IMG/VR virus record: IMGVR_UViG_3300033070_001371
Coordinates: 32,001-96,000 of that record
Direction: 5' to 3' (one strand)
Source: a virus
Taxonomy: Duplodnaviria; Caudoviricetes
DNA length: 64,000 nucleotides
The translations under genes and the position numbers were made by a program. Shown piece after piece: positions 1-10,392 of this stretch. The stretch's first letter is position 1; each line of letters begins with the position of its first letter. The notes below the pieces were generated by a model. That model had not been told where the DNA came from, did no database searches, and was given only the letters and a program-made list of their open reading frames with translations.

Positions 1-294
1 AGGCACTACGACCGCAAGATCCCGGACCCGGTGGCGAGCGTGTTCAACGCAGAGAAAGTCGCCGAAGACGCCATCGACCTGGGGGGTACGTTTGTACGTC
101 CGACGCACCTGGAGCGCCTGCCGACGACGTTCTACTCGGACGCTCTCGGCTTCGACGTGCTTCGCGAGATCGCACCCGGCGGGCGTCTCGACGCGCAGAA
201 GGTGGCCGAGGTCGTCAACACCCTTCCCGCCGACCTGAAGGCCGACTTCGCGCGGCAGCTGCGCGCGGCAGGCGTGCCGGTCTCGCGAGGCTGA
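1..294 (+). CDS. 3' end of a gene entering from the left; hypothetical, possibly virion-related
   Basis: Frame is open from base 1 (RHYDRKIPDPV...) to TGA at 294; next gene starts at 296. Confidence 0.7.
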   Translation, partial: RHYDRKIPDPVASVFNAEKVAEDAIDLGGTFVRPTHLERLPTTFYSDALGFDVLREIAPGGRLDAQKVAEVVNTLPADLKADFARQLRAAGVPVSRG

Positions 295-295
295 G

Positions 296-979
296 ATGTC
301 GCACGCCACGGAATTGCTCCAAGACCCCGAGGTCGAGCTCAGCGTGGCGTGGAACGCCGCGATGCAGGCTCTGGGCGCCACAATTGGCGCCTGGGAACCG
401 GAGACGATCCGCATCGAGCTGGAGCGTCGAAAGGTTCCGGCTACTGACGCTTTGATGGCCAAGCTGTTGGCCGCGCAGACTGTCGTCACGGGTCCCGTCT
501 GGACCTACGACCACGACGCATTCTTCGCCATTGCATTGGCTTGTGACGGCATACCGGCCGCCGCTGACGCAATCCACCACCCGACTCCTGAGCAGCTCTG
601 CTGGGCCGTCCTGGAGATCGAGCGGCTGACCGGTGACCGCATCACGGACGATCACGGCTTCGACCCTGACGCCATTGATCCCGCCGTCGCCGCTGTGCTG
701 CATGATGAGGGAATGGTGCTGGCGCCGGACCCGCTGCACTTCGCCCAAGACGTACTCGATCAGTACACGAAGCTGGAACAGGACTTCGTCAATCGCGTCG
801 AGCGCACGTGGCTCGCTAAGAAGACACTGGCTCACGAGGCTTTACGGCGTATGCTTCGCGAGGAGCCGTCTTCGGCGCTCGACGTCCAGGTCCACCGACT
901 GGCGGCGTGTCGCATCTACTGCGACGAGCGCACTGAGCGGCGTGCGCGCCAAGATGCAGTCCTACAACACTCCGTATAG
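296..979 (+). CDS. Hypothetical protein directly upstream of terL
   Basis: 227-aa ORF with typical codon usage, overlapping the terL start; no recognisable motif. Confidence 0.7.
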   Translation: MSHATELLQDPEVELSVAWNAAMQALGATIGAWEPETIRIELERRKVPATDALMAKLLAAQTVVTGPVWTYDHDAFFAIALACDGIPAAADAIHHPTPEQLCWAVLEIERLTGDRITDDHGFDPDAIDPAVAAVLHDEGMVLAPDPLHFAQDVLDQYTKLEQDFVNRVERTWLAKKTLAHEALRRMLREEPSSALDVQVHRLAACRIYCDERTERRARQDAVLQHSV

Positions 980-2687
980 CCGCCCGAAGCGTCGCATCGA
1001 GGGGACGCGGTCGCACTTCGCGGAAAACCTCCTGATGTGGGAGGGGAACCCGTTCAGCCTGAACGACTACCCCATGTTCCGGGCGATCTACGATGATTCG
1101 CCGCAGAAGATGCTTTTGAAGACCTGCCGACAGGTCGGCAAGAGCATGACGTTGTCGACGTTCGCGATTGGCGAGTGCGTGGCGATTCCGCACTTCAAGA
1201 CGTTCTTCATTGCGCCGACCAAAGAGCAGACGCAGACGTTTTCGGTCTCGCGCGTCGGCAAATTCATTCTCTTCTCGCCGTTGATCCGCGACATCTTCGT
1301 CGACGAAGGTACGACCAACCGCGTGCTCGCCCGCTACTTCGCGCACGGCTCACAGATCGAGTTCAGCTACGCCTCCGACGACGCAGACCGTTGTCGTGGG
1401 CGTTCCTGCGACCGTCTCATGCTGGACGAAGTGCAGGACATGCTCCTCGAAGCTGTCCGCCCCGTCATCAAGGAGTGCCTCTCGGCGTCAAAGAAAGGCG
1501 GGTACCTTACGTTGTGCGGTACTCCCAAGACGATGGAGAACGGCATCGAAACGCTGTTCCAGGAGTCCACGCAGACTGAGTGGGCAATCAAGTGCGACGG
1601 CTGCGGCAAGTACTCGATTCTGCTGAGCGAGACTCAGTGCGGCAAGCGCGGTCCAGTCTGCATGAAGTGCCAGGGCTACCTCAACCCGCGCAATGGCGTC
1701 TGGGTCGACATGAACCCGAAGCCCCCTGACGAGGACGGGCGAATCAACCAAACGAAGGGCTATCACATCTCGCGTCCGATGATGCCGCAGTTCGTGCCGG
1801 CGGCGTGGCCAATCGGCCCGCTGCGCGACGCGGCGCTCGACAAGTGGAAGACCGACGTCCTGTACAACCTCGAAGGACCCGAAGCGTACCCGATCTCCGT
1901 GTTCCGCAACGAGGTCATGGGCGTCAGCGACTCGCAAGGCCGGCGCCTCGTCACCAAGGAGATGCTCCAGGTTGCGTGCGACGGGCCTTTGATTAGCCGT
2001 TCGCCGACACGCGACAACCTCACAGGCGTGACCAAAATCGCCGCCGGCATCGACTGGTCCGGCGGTGGCACTGCGACTAAGTCGGGCCCCGAGGGCTCGA
2101 TCGCGATCAAGTCGCGCACCGTACTGACGATCATCGGCAAGCTGGGTCTCGGTCGCACGCGTTTGCTCTACTACAAGATCTTCCCAGGTACGTCGCCGCT
2201 TCAAGAGTTCGACGAGATCTTTACGACGTTGATGCTCTACGACAAGGTTACGCAGTACCGCATGTTTATTGGCGGCGACGCAGGCGAAGGCAACATGTCG
2301 ATGGATATGCTCCGTAACAAGATCCAGAACGCGCAGCGCGTGCTGAAGTTCCGCTACTCCGGCACGGCGGCGGCGTACCTTGCTTGGAACAACAAGGGCA
2401 AGTTTGTCACGGTGAACCGAACGGTCTCGCTCGACTCGATCATGACGTCGTTCATCCGCAAGGAGTTTCAGTTTCCGAGCCAGCCTGAGACGATCATGGA
2501 CTTGCCGTTCAAGGACATCCTCGCGGAGTACGAGGAGGTCATCGGGCAGACGGGGGCGACTCGCAAGGTCTGGCGCCACGCCCCGAACCAGCCCGACGAC
2601 TTCCTGCACTCGCTGAACTTCGCACGGATGGCGCTCCAGATCGGCAACCAAGAGGTGAACCTCACCTCGGCCGCTGACGACGACTGA
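954..2687 (+). CDS. terL: Terminase large subunit (lambda GpA-like, with CxxC pairs)
   Basis: Walker A region KTCRQVGKS, Walker B RGRSCDRLMLDEVQD, coupling motif LCGTP, CDGC/CMKC pair, nuclease AGIDWSG and C-terminal PDDFLHS. Start moved to ATG 954 (MQSYNT). Confidence 0.85.
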   Translation: MQSYNTPYSRPKRRIEGTRSHFAENLLMWEGNPFSLNDYPMFRAIYDDSPQKMLLKTCRQVGKSMTLSTFAIGECVAIPHFKTFFIAPTKEQTQTFSVSRVGKFILFSPLIRDIFVDEGTTNRVLARYFAHGSQIEFSYASDDADRCRGRSCDRLMLDEVQDMLLEAVRPVIKECLSASKKGGYLTLCGTPKTMENGIETLFQESTQTEWAIKCDGCGKYSILLSETQCGKRGPVCMKCQGYLNPRNGVWVDMNPKPPDEDGRINQTKGYHISRPMMPQFVPAAWPIGPLRDAALDKWKTDVLYNLEGPEAYPISVFRNEVMGVSDSQGRRLVTKEMLQVACDGPLISRSPTRDNLTGVTKIAAGIDWSGGGTATKSGPEGSIAIKSRTVLTIIGKLGLGRTRLLYYKIFPGTSPLQEFDEIFTTLMLYDKVTQYRMFIGGDAGEGNMSMDMLRNKIQNAQRVLKFRYSGTAAAYLAWNNKGKFVTVNRTVSLDSIMTSFIRKEFQFPSQPETIMDLPFKDILAEYEEVIGQTGATRKVWRHAPNQPDDFLHSLNFARMALQIGNQEVNLTSAADDD

Positions 2688-2703
2688 AGGCCAAAGAAAA
2701 GGA

Positions 2704-3342
2704 TCAGTACGGGGCGCGGCCGGCGAGAAAACGCGTGTACACATGGCGCATGACGGCCATGCCGCGCTTCACGTCGGCCTCGGCGCGGTGCTCGATCAGC
2801 GCGGGGCCGCCGATGCCTTCGTAGGCGAAGTGCAGTCCGAACTGCCCGAGGCCCTTCTCGTGCGCGATCAGCCACGAGAAGCTCTGGAGCTCGACGAAGC
2901 GGCGCTCCCAGGGGGGCAGCAGGCCGAACTTCTCGTGATTGAAGAGCAGCCCACGACGCTTGAGCTCCTCCCACATGAAGCCTCGGTCGAACGGGACGTT
3001 CTGGCTCACGAGACTGGCCTTGCGGGTGATCTTGGCGACTTGATTCCAGCACAACGCTGCTTCGGCGCTGTCGATGGCGGGAGCACCCACCCAATCAGGG
3101 TGGGCGAGGTGAAAACCGTTGGTCTTGAACGCCTGTTCTTCCGCGCGCGCCATGTCTTCGGTTGACGGCGTAAAGCGAAAGCAGGCGTGGTCCAGAGGTG
3201 CGTCCCAGGTGGCAGGGTCGGGACGCACGCGAGTGACGGCGATCTCGATGACGCGATGTACTGCGTCGCTGAGGCCGGTGGTCTCGACGTCGACGAAGGC
3301 GAGGTCGGAGAGAGAAGTCTGGGCGGGTCGGTAGTTACTCAT
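2704..3342 (-). CDS. DnaQ-like DEDDh 3'-5' exonuclease
   Basis: Exo I FVDVETTG, Exo II QNVPFD, Exo III HRAEAD; start chosen at the ATG 7 nt after a TATGAT box. Confidence 0.85.
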   Translation of the reverse strand: MSNYRPAQTSLSDLAFVDVETTGLSDAVHRVIEIAVTRVRPDPATWDAPLDHACFRFTPSTEDMARAEEQAFKTNGFHLAHPDWVGAPAIDSAEAALCWNQVAKITRKASLVSQNVPFDRGFMWEELKRRGLLFNHEKFGLLPPWERRFVELQSFSWLIAHEKGLGQFGLHFAYEGIGGPALIEHRAEADVKRGMAVMRHVYTRFLAGRAPY

Positions 3343-3349
3343 GCCGAGC

Positions 3350-3377
3350 ATCATACCGACCCGCCTAGTGAGGTCAA
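3350..3377 (-). promoter_or_regulatory. Sigma70-like promoter TTGACC-N16-TATGAT, leaderless
   Basis: Minus strand reads TTGACC tcactaggcgggtcgg TATGAT gctcggc ATG. Confidence 0.6.
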
Positions 3378-3389
3378 TCTTCCAGTAGT

Positions 3390-6300
3390 TTACGCAACCC
3401 TCGGCGCCGGACGCTTGGGCTTCGTCGACGGCGCGAGTTCATGCTCGTCTGGGTCGCGCAGATCCTCGAAGATCTCCTCTTCGGTGTAGCCGTCGAGTTC
3501 GGCCATCGGCAGCGGCGCCGGGAGCTTGGCAAGGTACTTCTCCGCCCCCATCACTTCGCCGTAGCTCGGGCCGAGCTCGACGTCCCAACGGTACGGCACC
3601 GGGAGCCACGGGCACTCACGCGCCACGCGGTCGGTGCCGTACTTCTTGAAGATCTCCGGCACCTGATGCGCGTACTTCTTCGGCACCTGAAAGCCGATGG
3701 AGTCGTGCACCGTGAGCAAGAGACGGCCCTTGAGGTCGCGCTCGATGACGTCCGCAACCCAGCAAAGCACCGACATGACGATGTCGCTGTTGGTGCCTTG
3801 GATCTTGAAGTTGACGGCCTGCCGTTCCGCCTTGGCGCGGAGGGCATTGGGAGCGTACTTGCCAAGCGAAAAGCGGCGACGACGCCCATGGTAGGTCTCG
3901 ACAATGCCGAAAGTGCGCATCTCCCAGATGGTCTGGTTGATGAACGCCTCCAGCGTCGGGAACTTCGTGAACAGCAGCTTCTTGATCTGCTGCGCGAGTT
4001 CGAGATTGATGCCGGCGATCTCGGCGATCTTCTTGACGCCGGCACCGAAGAGCAGCCCGAAGACAAGACGCTTGATGTTGTCGCGCAGCGCCTTGAGGCG
4101 CTTGCCGTACGCCTTGTCTTCTAGCAGGTCGTCCTTCCCCTTGAGGAAGTCCTCGTACGACCACGCGTGGTCGTCGTCGATCGCGGCGTTGGCCAGCGCA
4201 ATGCGTCGATCTTCGCCGTGTAGACCAGCAGCGACGAGCGCAGGGTTGAGGCACTGCGACGCGAAAAAGCAGTGCGCGTCCATGCCTTCGAGCAGCGCGT
4301 TGATCAGCGCGGAGTCTTTGGCATAGCCGGCGAAGATTGAGACCTCGGCACCCTTAGCGTCAGCGTTGCCGAAGCAGTAGCTGTCGTCATCTGGGATGAA
4401 GAGCTTCTTGCACTTCACACCCTCGAAGACGGGCTTGCCGTCGGGCCCAATCACGAGGTTGCCCCGCATGTCGCGCAGCGCCCCGATCAAGCCCTTGATG
4501 ATGTTCTGGTTGTTGAAGCCGACACCGTCGACACCCGAAGACGACGACAGACGGCCAGTGGACGTGCCTGTGATGTTGTAGCCGGGGTGGATGCGCCCGT
4601 CCTCGAACATGTTCGACAAGATGCCGATGTTCTTGAAGAAGCTGTTCTTTGCCTTGTCGGCTTTCTTCAGGGTCATCAGCAGGTTGGCGAGCGGGCACTT
4701 GTACCGCGTGACGAGGCTCTTGAGCACGGCCTCGCCGGTCTGCATCTGCCCCTTTACGGTGTAGTGCTGCGAGCGGTACATGATCCGACCGCCGACGTAG
4801 CGCACGTGCTCGGGGTGCTCGCGTGCCATCTGTTCGGCGAGCTCCGGGTCGGGGTGCTTGTATCCGACGCCGCCGGTGAACAAGTACCCCGCGAGCTTCT
4901 TCGGGCTGTTCAGCGGGAACTTCTCACCGCACAGCTCAAAGATCTTGTCGGTCGTCGACGTGATCGTGTTGTCCAAGGCTCGATCACCCCACTCGCGGTA
5001 GGACTGGTCGATGTTGATGCCCTGGTACTCGATCTTGGCGAGCTGCGTCTGGCGCGGGAGATAGTCTTCTTTCACCAGCCGGTGCAGCGGCGTCGGGTGC
5101 TGACACAACACGTCAACGCGGAACTTCGCGAGCTCGCTGGTCGGCGGGCCCGAGACGATCTCTTCGTGAACTTGCTGTCGCCAGCGCTCGAACTTGTCGT
5201 CTTCGTTGTACATGCGCTCGCTCTGCTTGACGGCAAGACGGCGCGTCGCATCGGAGTCGACGGCGGCGTAGAAGTAGAGCTCGTCGAGCGAGACGTTCTC
5301 GAAGCCACCTTTGCGCTTGCGCTCTTTGGCAGCCTCTCGCTCAGCCTTGCCCGTGAACTCGCCGTTGGCCTTGGCGGTCAGCAGGAGGTTCAGGTCGGCG
5401 AGCTGACTCTGAAGCCGCGCTAGCCCCGCCTCGTCGCCGAGAGGGAGCTGCTTGAGCTTCTCCTGAGTTTTCCTGACGGTCTCAGGACGGAACTGCGCGT
5501 TCTTGATGTGCCCTGCCGCGACGGCGCGTTCGAGCGCCGTCGCAATTGTGGCCGGCAGCTTCACCGCACGCTTCGCCGAGACTTGGACCTCGGTGAAGTT
5601 CGCGGCGTCCGCCTTGAGCAGCTCGTCGTGCAATCGGTCTTCGTACCCGGAGAGAAAGGGCAAGTCCTGCTTCGTCAAGAACTTGAGGTTGTACTGCCCT
5701 TTTTTGTCCTCTTCGAGCACGTGCTCGGCGCAGAAAACGTCCCACGCAATCTTGCCCACGTCCCCAAGCGGCCAGCCTAGACGCCAGAAGACCTTGAAGT
5801 CGTACTTGGCGTTGAACCAGATCAGCGGCTTACCGCTTCGCATGAGCCAGACGATGTGCTCGTACGCGGCGGCCGGGTCATACGGCGTGTCCTTGTGCCA
5901 GAGCGGCACCGTCGCGGCTTTGCCGTCATCCCACGCGAATGAGACGGCGACCAGCTTGGTGCCAGACCAGTGTGGATGCAGCGTGTTGGTTTCGGTGTCG
6001 AACGAGATCTTCCAATCGAGGTGTTCGACACCGGGCCGCGTGTACTCGAAGACGTGACGCACAAGGTCTTTCACCTCGGCGACAGACTTCGGGTAGATGT
6101 ACTCCTTCTCGATCTCAGCCCGCGTGAGTGTGCGCACCTCAGCGTGTGTCGCGATGCGCATGGCACGCTCGACGTCGGCAAGCACGGAGCTGTACTTGCC
6201 GACCGCGACGGCGAGAGCCTTGAGCGAGCGCGTGAAGATCACCGTGAGGTAGGCATCGCCGAACTTCACGTTGTCGTAGACGCGGCCGGCAGCCTCCTTC

Positions 6301-6827
6301 TCGGATCGCACAGGAATGCCGAGCGCGTGGAGCGCCGGCACGCCGCACGCGATGACCGTAAGCGAACGTTCCGGGGCGTCCGCCTGACGCACAGCAGCGA
6401 GCCGCGCGACTTCGGTCTTGAGTGGCGTGCGGCACGCAGTGATCACGGCCTTGCTAGGTGCGTCGACCGCGCACTTTACGGCGTACACGTACCGGAAGTT
6501 CAATGCGGCGAACTCTGGGTGTTGCTTCTGCACTTCCTTGATCGCGTTCTTCAAAACGCGCGCGCCGTCGTCGCGGAACGGCTGGTGGAAGAGCGAGTTG
6601 TCCGGGATCGCCTTCCCGCCGACGACGGCGAGGCGCGGCGCGATCGGCGCGTCACCGACGACCAAGATGTCAGCGTAGTCAGAGCCGTCGGGTTGAGGGA
6701 AGTAGTGCGCGCCCTTGAAGGCGGGGCACGACGCACACCCCGGGCCTGCCTTGGTGGCGAACTCGGGGCGCGCGCAGATGTCGCAGTGGAATGGCGGTGG
6801 CGCCTCCGGGAGCGAGATCGACGCCAT
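3390..6827 (-). CDS. polA: Family A DNA polymerase with N-terminal UDG-like domain and 3'-5' exonuclease
   Basis: UDG4-like ILVVGDAP/YAVKC; exonuclease SFDTET, FNAKYD, YAAVD; polymerase TGRLSS, NQNI, motif A DAKGAE, motif B RDNIKRLVFGLLFG, motif C TVHDS. Confidence 0.92.
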   Translation of the reverse strand: MASISLPEAPPPFHCDICARPEFATKAGPGCASCPAFKGAHYFPQPDGSDYADILVVGDAPIAPRLAVVGGKAIPDNSLFHQPFRDDGARVLKNAIKEVQKQHPEFAALNFRYVYAVKCAVDAPSKAVITACRTPLKTEVARLAAVRQADAPERSLTVIACGVPALHALGIPVRSEKEAAGRVYDNVKFGDAYLTVIFTRSLKALAVAVGKYSSVLADVERAMRIATHAEVRTLTRAEIEKEYIYPKSVAEVKDLVRHVFEYTRPGVEHLDWKISFDTETNTLHPHWSGTKLVAVSFAWDDGKAATVPLWHKDTPYDPAAAYEHIVWLMRSGKPLIWFNAKYDFKVFWRLGWPLGDVGKIAWDVFCAEHVLEEDKKGQYNLKFLTKQDLPFLSGYEDRLHDELLKADAANFTEVQVSAKRAVKLPATIATALERAVAAGHIKNAQFRPETVRKTQEKLKQLPLGDEAGLARLQSQLADLNLLLTAKANGEFTGKAEREAAKERKRKGGFENVSLDELYFYAAVDSDATRRLAVKQSERMYNEDDKFERWRQQVHEEIVSGPPTSELAKFRVDVLCQHPTPLHRLVKEDYLPRQTQLAKIEYQGINIDQSYREWGDRALDNTITSTTDKIFELCGEKFPLNSPKKLAGYLFTGGVGYKHPDPELAEQMAREHPEHVRYVGGRIMYRSQHYTVKGQMQTGEAVLKSLVTRYKCPLANLLMTLKKADKAKNSFFKNIGILSNMFEDGRIHPGYNITGTSTGRLSSSSGVDGVGFNNQNIIKGLIGALRDMRGNLVIGPDGKPVFEGVKCKKLFIPDDDSYCFGNADAKGAEVSIFAGYAKDSALINALLEGMDAHCFFASQCLNPALVAAGLHGEDRRIALANAAIDDDHAWSYEDFLKGKDDLLEDKAYGKRLKALRDNIKRLVFGLLFGAGVKKIAEIAGINLELAQQIKKLLFTKFPTLEAFINQTIWEMRTFGIVETYHGRRRRFSLGKYAPNALRAKAERQAVNFKIQGTNSDIVMSVLCWVADVIERDLKGRLLLTVHDSIGFQVPKKYAHQVPEIFKKYGTDRVARECPWLPVPYRWDVELGPSYGEVMGAEKYLAKLPAPLPMAELDGYTEEEIFEDLRDPDEHELAPSTKPKRPAPRVA

Positions 6828-6883
6828 TCAGCGTCCTCCTCGGTCTCGGCAGCGGTACATGATGGAGCCCTTCATGGTGTCCC

Positions 6884-9800
6884 CTACAGGTTGTTGTTGT
6901 GGTTACGTGGGCGTTTCGGCAAGCCCGGCGGCCCATCATCGACCGCACCCCCCGGGCGGTCGCGATCGGCGCTGGGCAACCGCTCGACGAAGGCGTCGCG
7001 CAGATCGGTGACGACCTTCGATACGTCGACGACGGTGATCTCATCGGTGCGCATAACTCCGCCAAAGGTGCGCAGGGCGGCCAGGACCTTCGGCGGGTCA
7101 TACTGATGCTCGCGCTGTGCGAGCGCGTGCTGATCTAGCTGGTGCTTGAGCAGGTTCGGTGGTGTACGGCAGTACGGCTCTACGCGATGAAGCAGCCCGC
7201 CCGGCGCTACGACCGAGATCCAGTCGACGATGAGGTACTTGAGGTCCTCGAAGTAGTAGACACCTGCCTGCGCGTGGTTGAGCGCAAGCCAACGCGTCGG
7301 GTCCTTCGAGCCAAGCATCACAGCGACCGACGTGATCGCGCCCGATTGCCCGACACGCAGGTTGTTGGTGCGGAAGAGGGTGTCGAAGAGCTGCGTCGTG
7401 ACGTTGCTTCGCGCGTTGGCAGTGAGCCGTCCGCGCCGCGCTTCGGTCGCCTTGATGACGAAGTCCTTCCAATCCTCGCCGAGCAACGCCATGAGCGGCG
7501 CAATTGGATAGAAGTTGCGCAAGAAACGCGTGTCGACGGCGAACGACGTGACCACCTTCCCCGTGCCCAGCTCGCGCTCGATCTTCTCGTAGTGCTCGCG
7601 ATAGGGTCGGTAGAACTTGATCAAGCCGAGGCCGAGCACGCGCCGCATGCGTGCGAGCTCTTCGGGCGGGAAGAGCTCAGTGAATTCCATCTGCGGGTCC
7701 TTGAGCCCTTCAACCTTCACGGTCTCAATCGTCAGGCGGCGGCTCGCGTCTTGCGGGTCGTGCGCCGGGTGGATCGAAGCCGTGACGACGTTGGTGCGCA
7801 CCACCATCTGGCGTGAGCCGCCGCTCGGCAGCGCGCGCGAGATCACGGCGCCGCCGGGGAAGATTACTTGCCGGAGCAGCTCGTTGATCGACTGCACCTG
7901 CGCGGTCTTCGCCGTGGCGATCGTCAGGTCGCGTGTGAACTCCTCCAGGCCCATGGTCACCGAGGCGCGGTTGAAGCCTTGGTAGATCGAGGCCGGCGAG
8001 TAGTTGACGAGTCCTTTGGCCCACGGGCAGATCTGAAGGTGCGGAAATTGCCCGCCGCAGAACGTGCTGAGCGCCGTGGACTTGCCAGAGGAGTGCTGGC
8101 CGACGAGCTCCAAGTGGACTTTCGACGGCGAGAGATGCGGCGCAGAGAACGCCGCTTGGTAGTACGCGAGGAAGGTCGCGTCGAGATCGGTATTGAGCGT
8201 GCGCCAACCTGTGCGGTACAGCTGCACGAGCTTGCCGATATAGACGCGTACGTCGTCGATCGTGAAGTGGTTGGCTTCTTCGAGGTCACCAACACTGCGC
8301 AGCTCGGGGAAGAGAGGCACGGCGTCGGTCAGAAAGAGCGCCCTTCCGCGCGACGGACCGTCGAGCTTGCGCCATGCGAGCGAGAGCGAGCCGTCCGGCA
8401 CGTATGTGCCTTCGTAGACACACATGCCGTTGACGACCATGAGCACAAGCCCGAATGGCGCGTGCGGGTCCTCGATCACGTGGACGCCCTGCCCGTACTG
8501 CACGCATTCTTCACGCGTCGGCACGTCGTGGAAGAGCGATTGGATCGCGATCTTGAGGTAGTCGGCGAAGATGCGCTGGAGCTCACGCACCGGCTGCATC
8601 GCGCCCGGCCCCTGCTGAGGCATGACCCAGGCAGGAATGCCAACCTGCTCGGCGAAGAACGTGTGCACGTCGCCGACGACGTTGGCTAGAGCCGAGAGCG
8701 CCCCCGCGCCGTCGTCGGTACCGAAGCGGATCGTGCGATCCTTCGTGCGATGGTGCAGGTACAACACCGCGCCGCGCGTCGTGTCCTCCTTATAGAGCGG
8801 GTGGAACAGTCGCGTGAGCACGTCGATGATGCGGGCGATCAACCCCGCCTCGTCGTCTTTGCTCCGCACGATCTGACCCCTAACGATCGCAGGAGTCAGA
8901 CCGAGCTTCACGCAGACGCGTTCGACGTACTGCGCGAGCTGCGCAGCGTTGCGCACCGTCTCGCCGTACGTAACCGCGACAGACGTCCGTTCTCGAACGT
9001 CGTCAGGTCCGAGCGTTGCGGCGTCTTCGAGAGCGCGGTCCAGGGCCCAGACGTCGACAGGAACGAACCACTTGTCCGCTTCGTCAACGACCGTGCGTTT
9101 GAACACGTCGAAGCCGCCAAGTTGGACCGCGTCATCGGGGTCCTTTGGCATGCCTGGGATCTTGTCGAGAGCTGACCAGCCTCGAAAGACCTTGACGCCG
9201 ATCTCTGAAGCCGTCAGCAAACGCCCACGCAGCCACGTCTCCCCTTTACCGCGTACAGGGTGATCAGAGATCACGTAGATCGTGTCGAGCCCCGCTGCTC
9301 CGAGAGCGTCGAGGTCATTGAACGCGCCGTTGGAGGCCAGAAAGACGTAGCCGGTGTGCCCTGCCGACAGGAAGTGCTCCTGTGCGGTGATCGCGTCGTT
9401 CTCGCCCTCGACGAGGAAGAACCGCAGCGCCTTGGCTTCGGACGGGTCGAGCCCTCCGAGATGCGGCGCATACAGCCCGAAGTAGCCGATCGGTTCATCC
9501 TCAGTGAAGCCGGGCAATGTCAGGTAGTTGCCGTCCTTTTCGTCGTCCAAGTGAGGGCGGCGCAATCGGATCTTGCCCGGTGTGCGCAGGCCGTGGCCGT
9601 TGAAGAAGGCAACAGAGTTGGTCCACTCCGTCGCAGCAGGTTCGACGATGGCCTTGATGCGGTCGAGCACCTTCTCACGGCGATCAGGAGTGAGGTAGGT
9701 GTTCTGGAAGCGCGCGTACTGCGCGCTCGCTTGGGATTCCAGACGCTCAGCAGCGTACGCGAAGATCACGTGCTGCGGCGGCCAGACGCCGTAGGGCAGC

Positions 9801-10369
9801 GCGCCGAGCTGCTCGGGCTTGTGCTTGCGGTGCTGGAAGAGCCACTCCAGAACCGGCGCGGCGGCGTGCAGCGCGATCTCGTCGTAGTTCTTTCGGTCCT
9901 CGGGATCGAGCGGCGGCGCGAGCAGTCGCTGCGCGTACGTGGTGCAAACGTAGAGCAACGTCGCAATGGCGATGTTGTGTACGTCGTACGCCTCGACGTC
10001 ACCTTCGATCTTCTCCGAGACGAGGCGGCGGCCGGTGTACGTGAGCACCTGCGAGAGGGTCTCTCGGTACGACCAGCCGCGCGCGTCCTGGAAGAGCTGC
10101 AACAAGTTGCGGCTGAAGTAACCGCATGCCTTGCACTTGATCGTGCCGCGCGCCACGTCCAGGTACATCGACGGGTTCTTGTCGATGTGCCCTGTGACGT
10201 TGCCTGCGAGGCAGTTCGTCTTGACGGCCGTTGCCCCGATCTGCGTGATGCGGTTTTCGGGGAACGTATGTTCGAGCAGCGTCTTGAGTTGCGTGACGTC
10301 CAACAAGTTCAGGAGCTTGTGGCCGTCGTTGTGTGAGAACTTGGTTGCGGTACCGGTCTTTCGTGCCAT
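6884..10369 (-). CDS. Primase-helicase fusion (CHC2 zinc finger, TOPRIM, P-loop NTPase)
   Basis: C..H-I-D-K-N-P-S..CKAC zinc finger; TOPRIM LVEGENDA, ISD and PKDPDD; Walker A GQHSSGKST with downstream acidic LEE. Confidence 0.8.
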   Translation of the reverse strand: MARKTGTATKFSHNDGHKLLNLLDVTQLKTLLEHTFPENRITQIGATAVKTNCLAGNVTGHIDKNPSMYLDVARGTIKCKACGYFSRNLLQLFQDARGWSYRETLSQVLTYTGRRLVSEKIEGDVEAYDVHNIAIATLLYVCTTYAQRLLAPPLDPEDRKNYDEIALHAAAPVLEWLFQHRKHKPEQLGALPYGVWPPQHVIFAYAAERLESQASAQYARFQNTYLTPDRREKVLDRIKAIVEPAATEWTNSVAFFNGHGLRTPGKIRLRRPHLDDEKDGNYLTLPGFTEDEPIGYFGLYAPHLGGLDPSEAKALRFFLVEGENDAITAQEHFLSAGHTGYVFLASNGAFNDLDALGAAGLDTIYVISDHPVRGKGETWLRGRLLTASEIGVKVFRGWSALDKIPGMPKDPDDAVQLGGFDVFKRTVVDEADKWFVPVDVWALDRALEDAATLGPDDVRERTSVAVTYGETVRNAAQLAQYVERVCVKLGLTPAIVRGQIVRSKDDEAGLIARIIDVLTRLFHPLYKEDTTRGAVLYLHHRTKDRTIRFGTDDGAGALSALANVVGDVHTFFAEQVGIPAWVMPQQGPGAMQPVRELQRIFADYLKIAIQSLFHDVPTREECVQYGQGVHVIEDPHAPFGLVLMVVNGMCVYEGTYVPDGSLSLAWRKLDGPSRGRALFLTDAVPLFPELRSVGDLEEANHFTIDDVRVYIGKLVQLYRTGWRTLNTDLDATFLAYYQAAFSAPHLSPSKVHLELVGQHSSGKSTALSTFCGGQFPHLQICPWAKGLVNYSPASIYQGFNRASVTMGLEEFTRDLTIATAKTAQVQSINELLRQVIFPGGAVISRALPSGGSRQMVVRTNVVTASIHPAHDPQDASRRLTIETVKVEGLKDPQMEFTELFPPEELARMRRVLGLGLIKFYRPYREHYEKIERELGTGKVVTSFAVDTRFLRNFYPIAPLMALLGEDWKDFVIKATEARRGRLTANARSNVTTQLFDTLFRTNNLRVGQSGAITSVAVMLGSKDPTRWLALNHAQAGVYYFEDLKYLIVDWISVVAPGGLLHRVEPYCRTPPNLLKHQLDQHALAQREHQYDPPKVLAALRTFGGVMRTDEITVVDVSKVVTDLRDAFVERLPSADRDRPGGAVDDGPPGLPKRPRNHNNNL

Positions 10370-10392
10370 GGGCGGCCCTTCACCCTGCGGGT

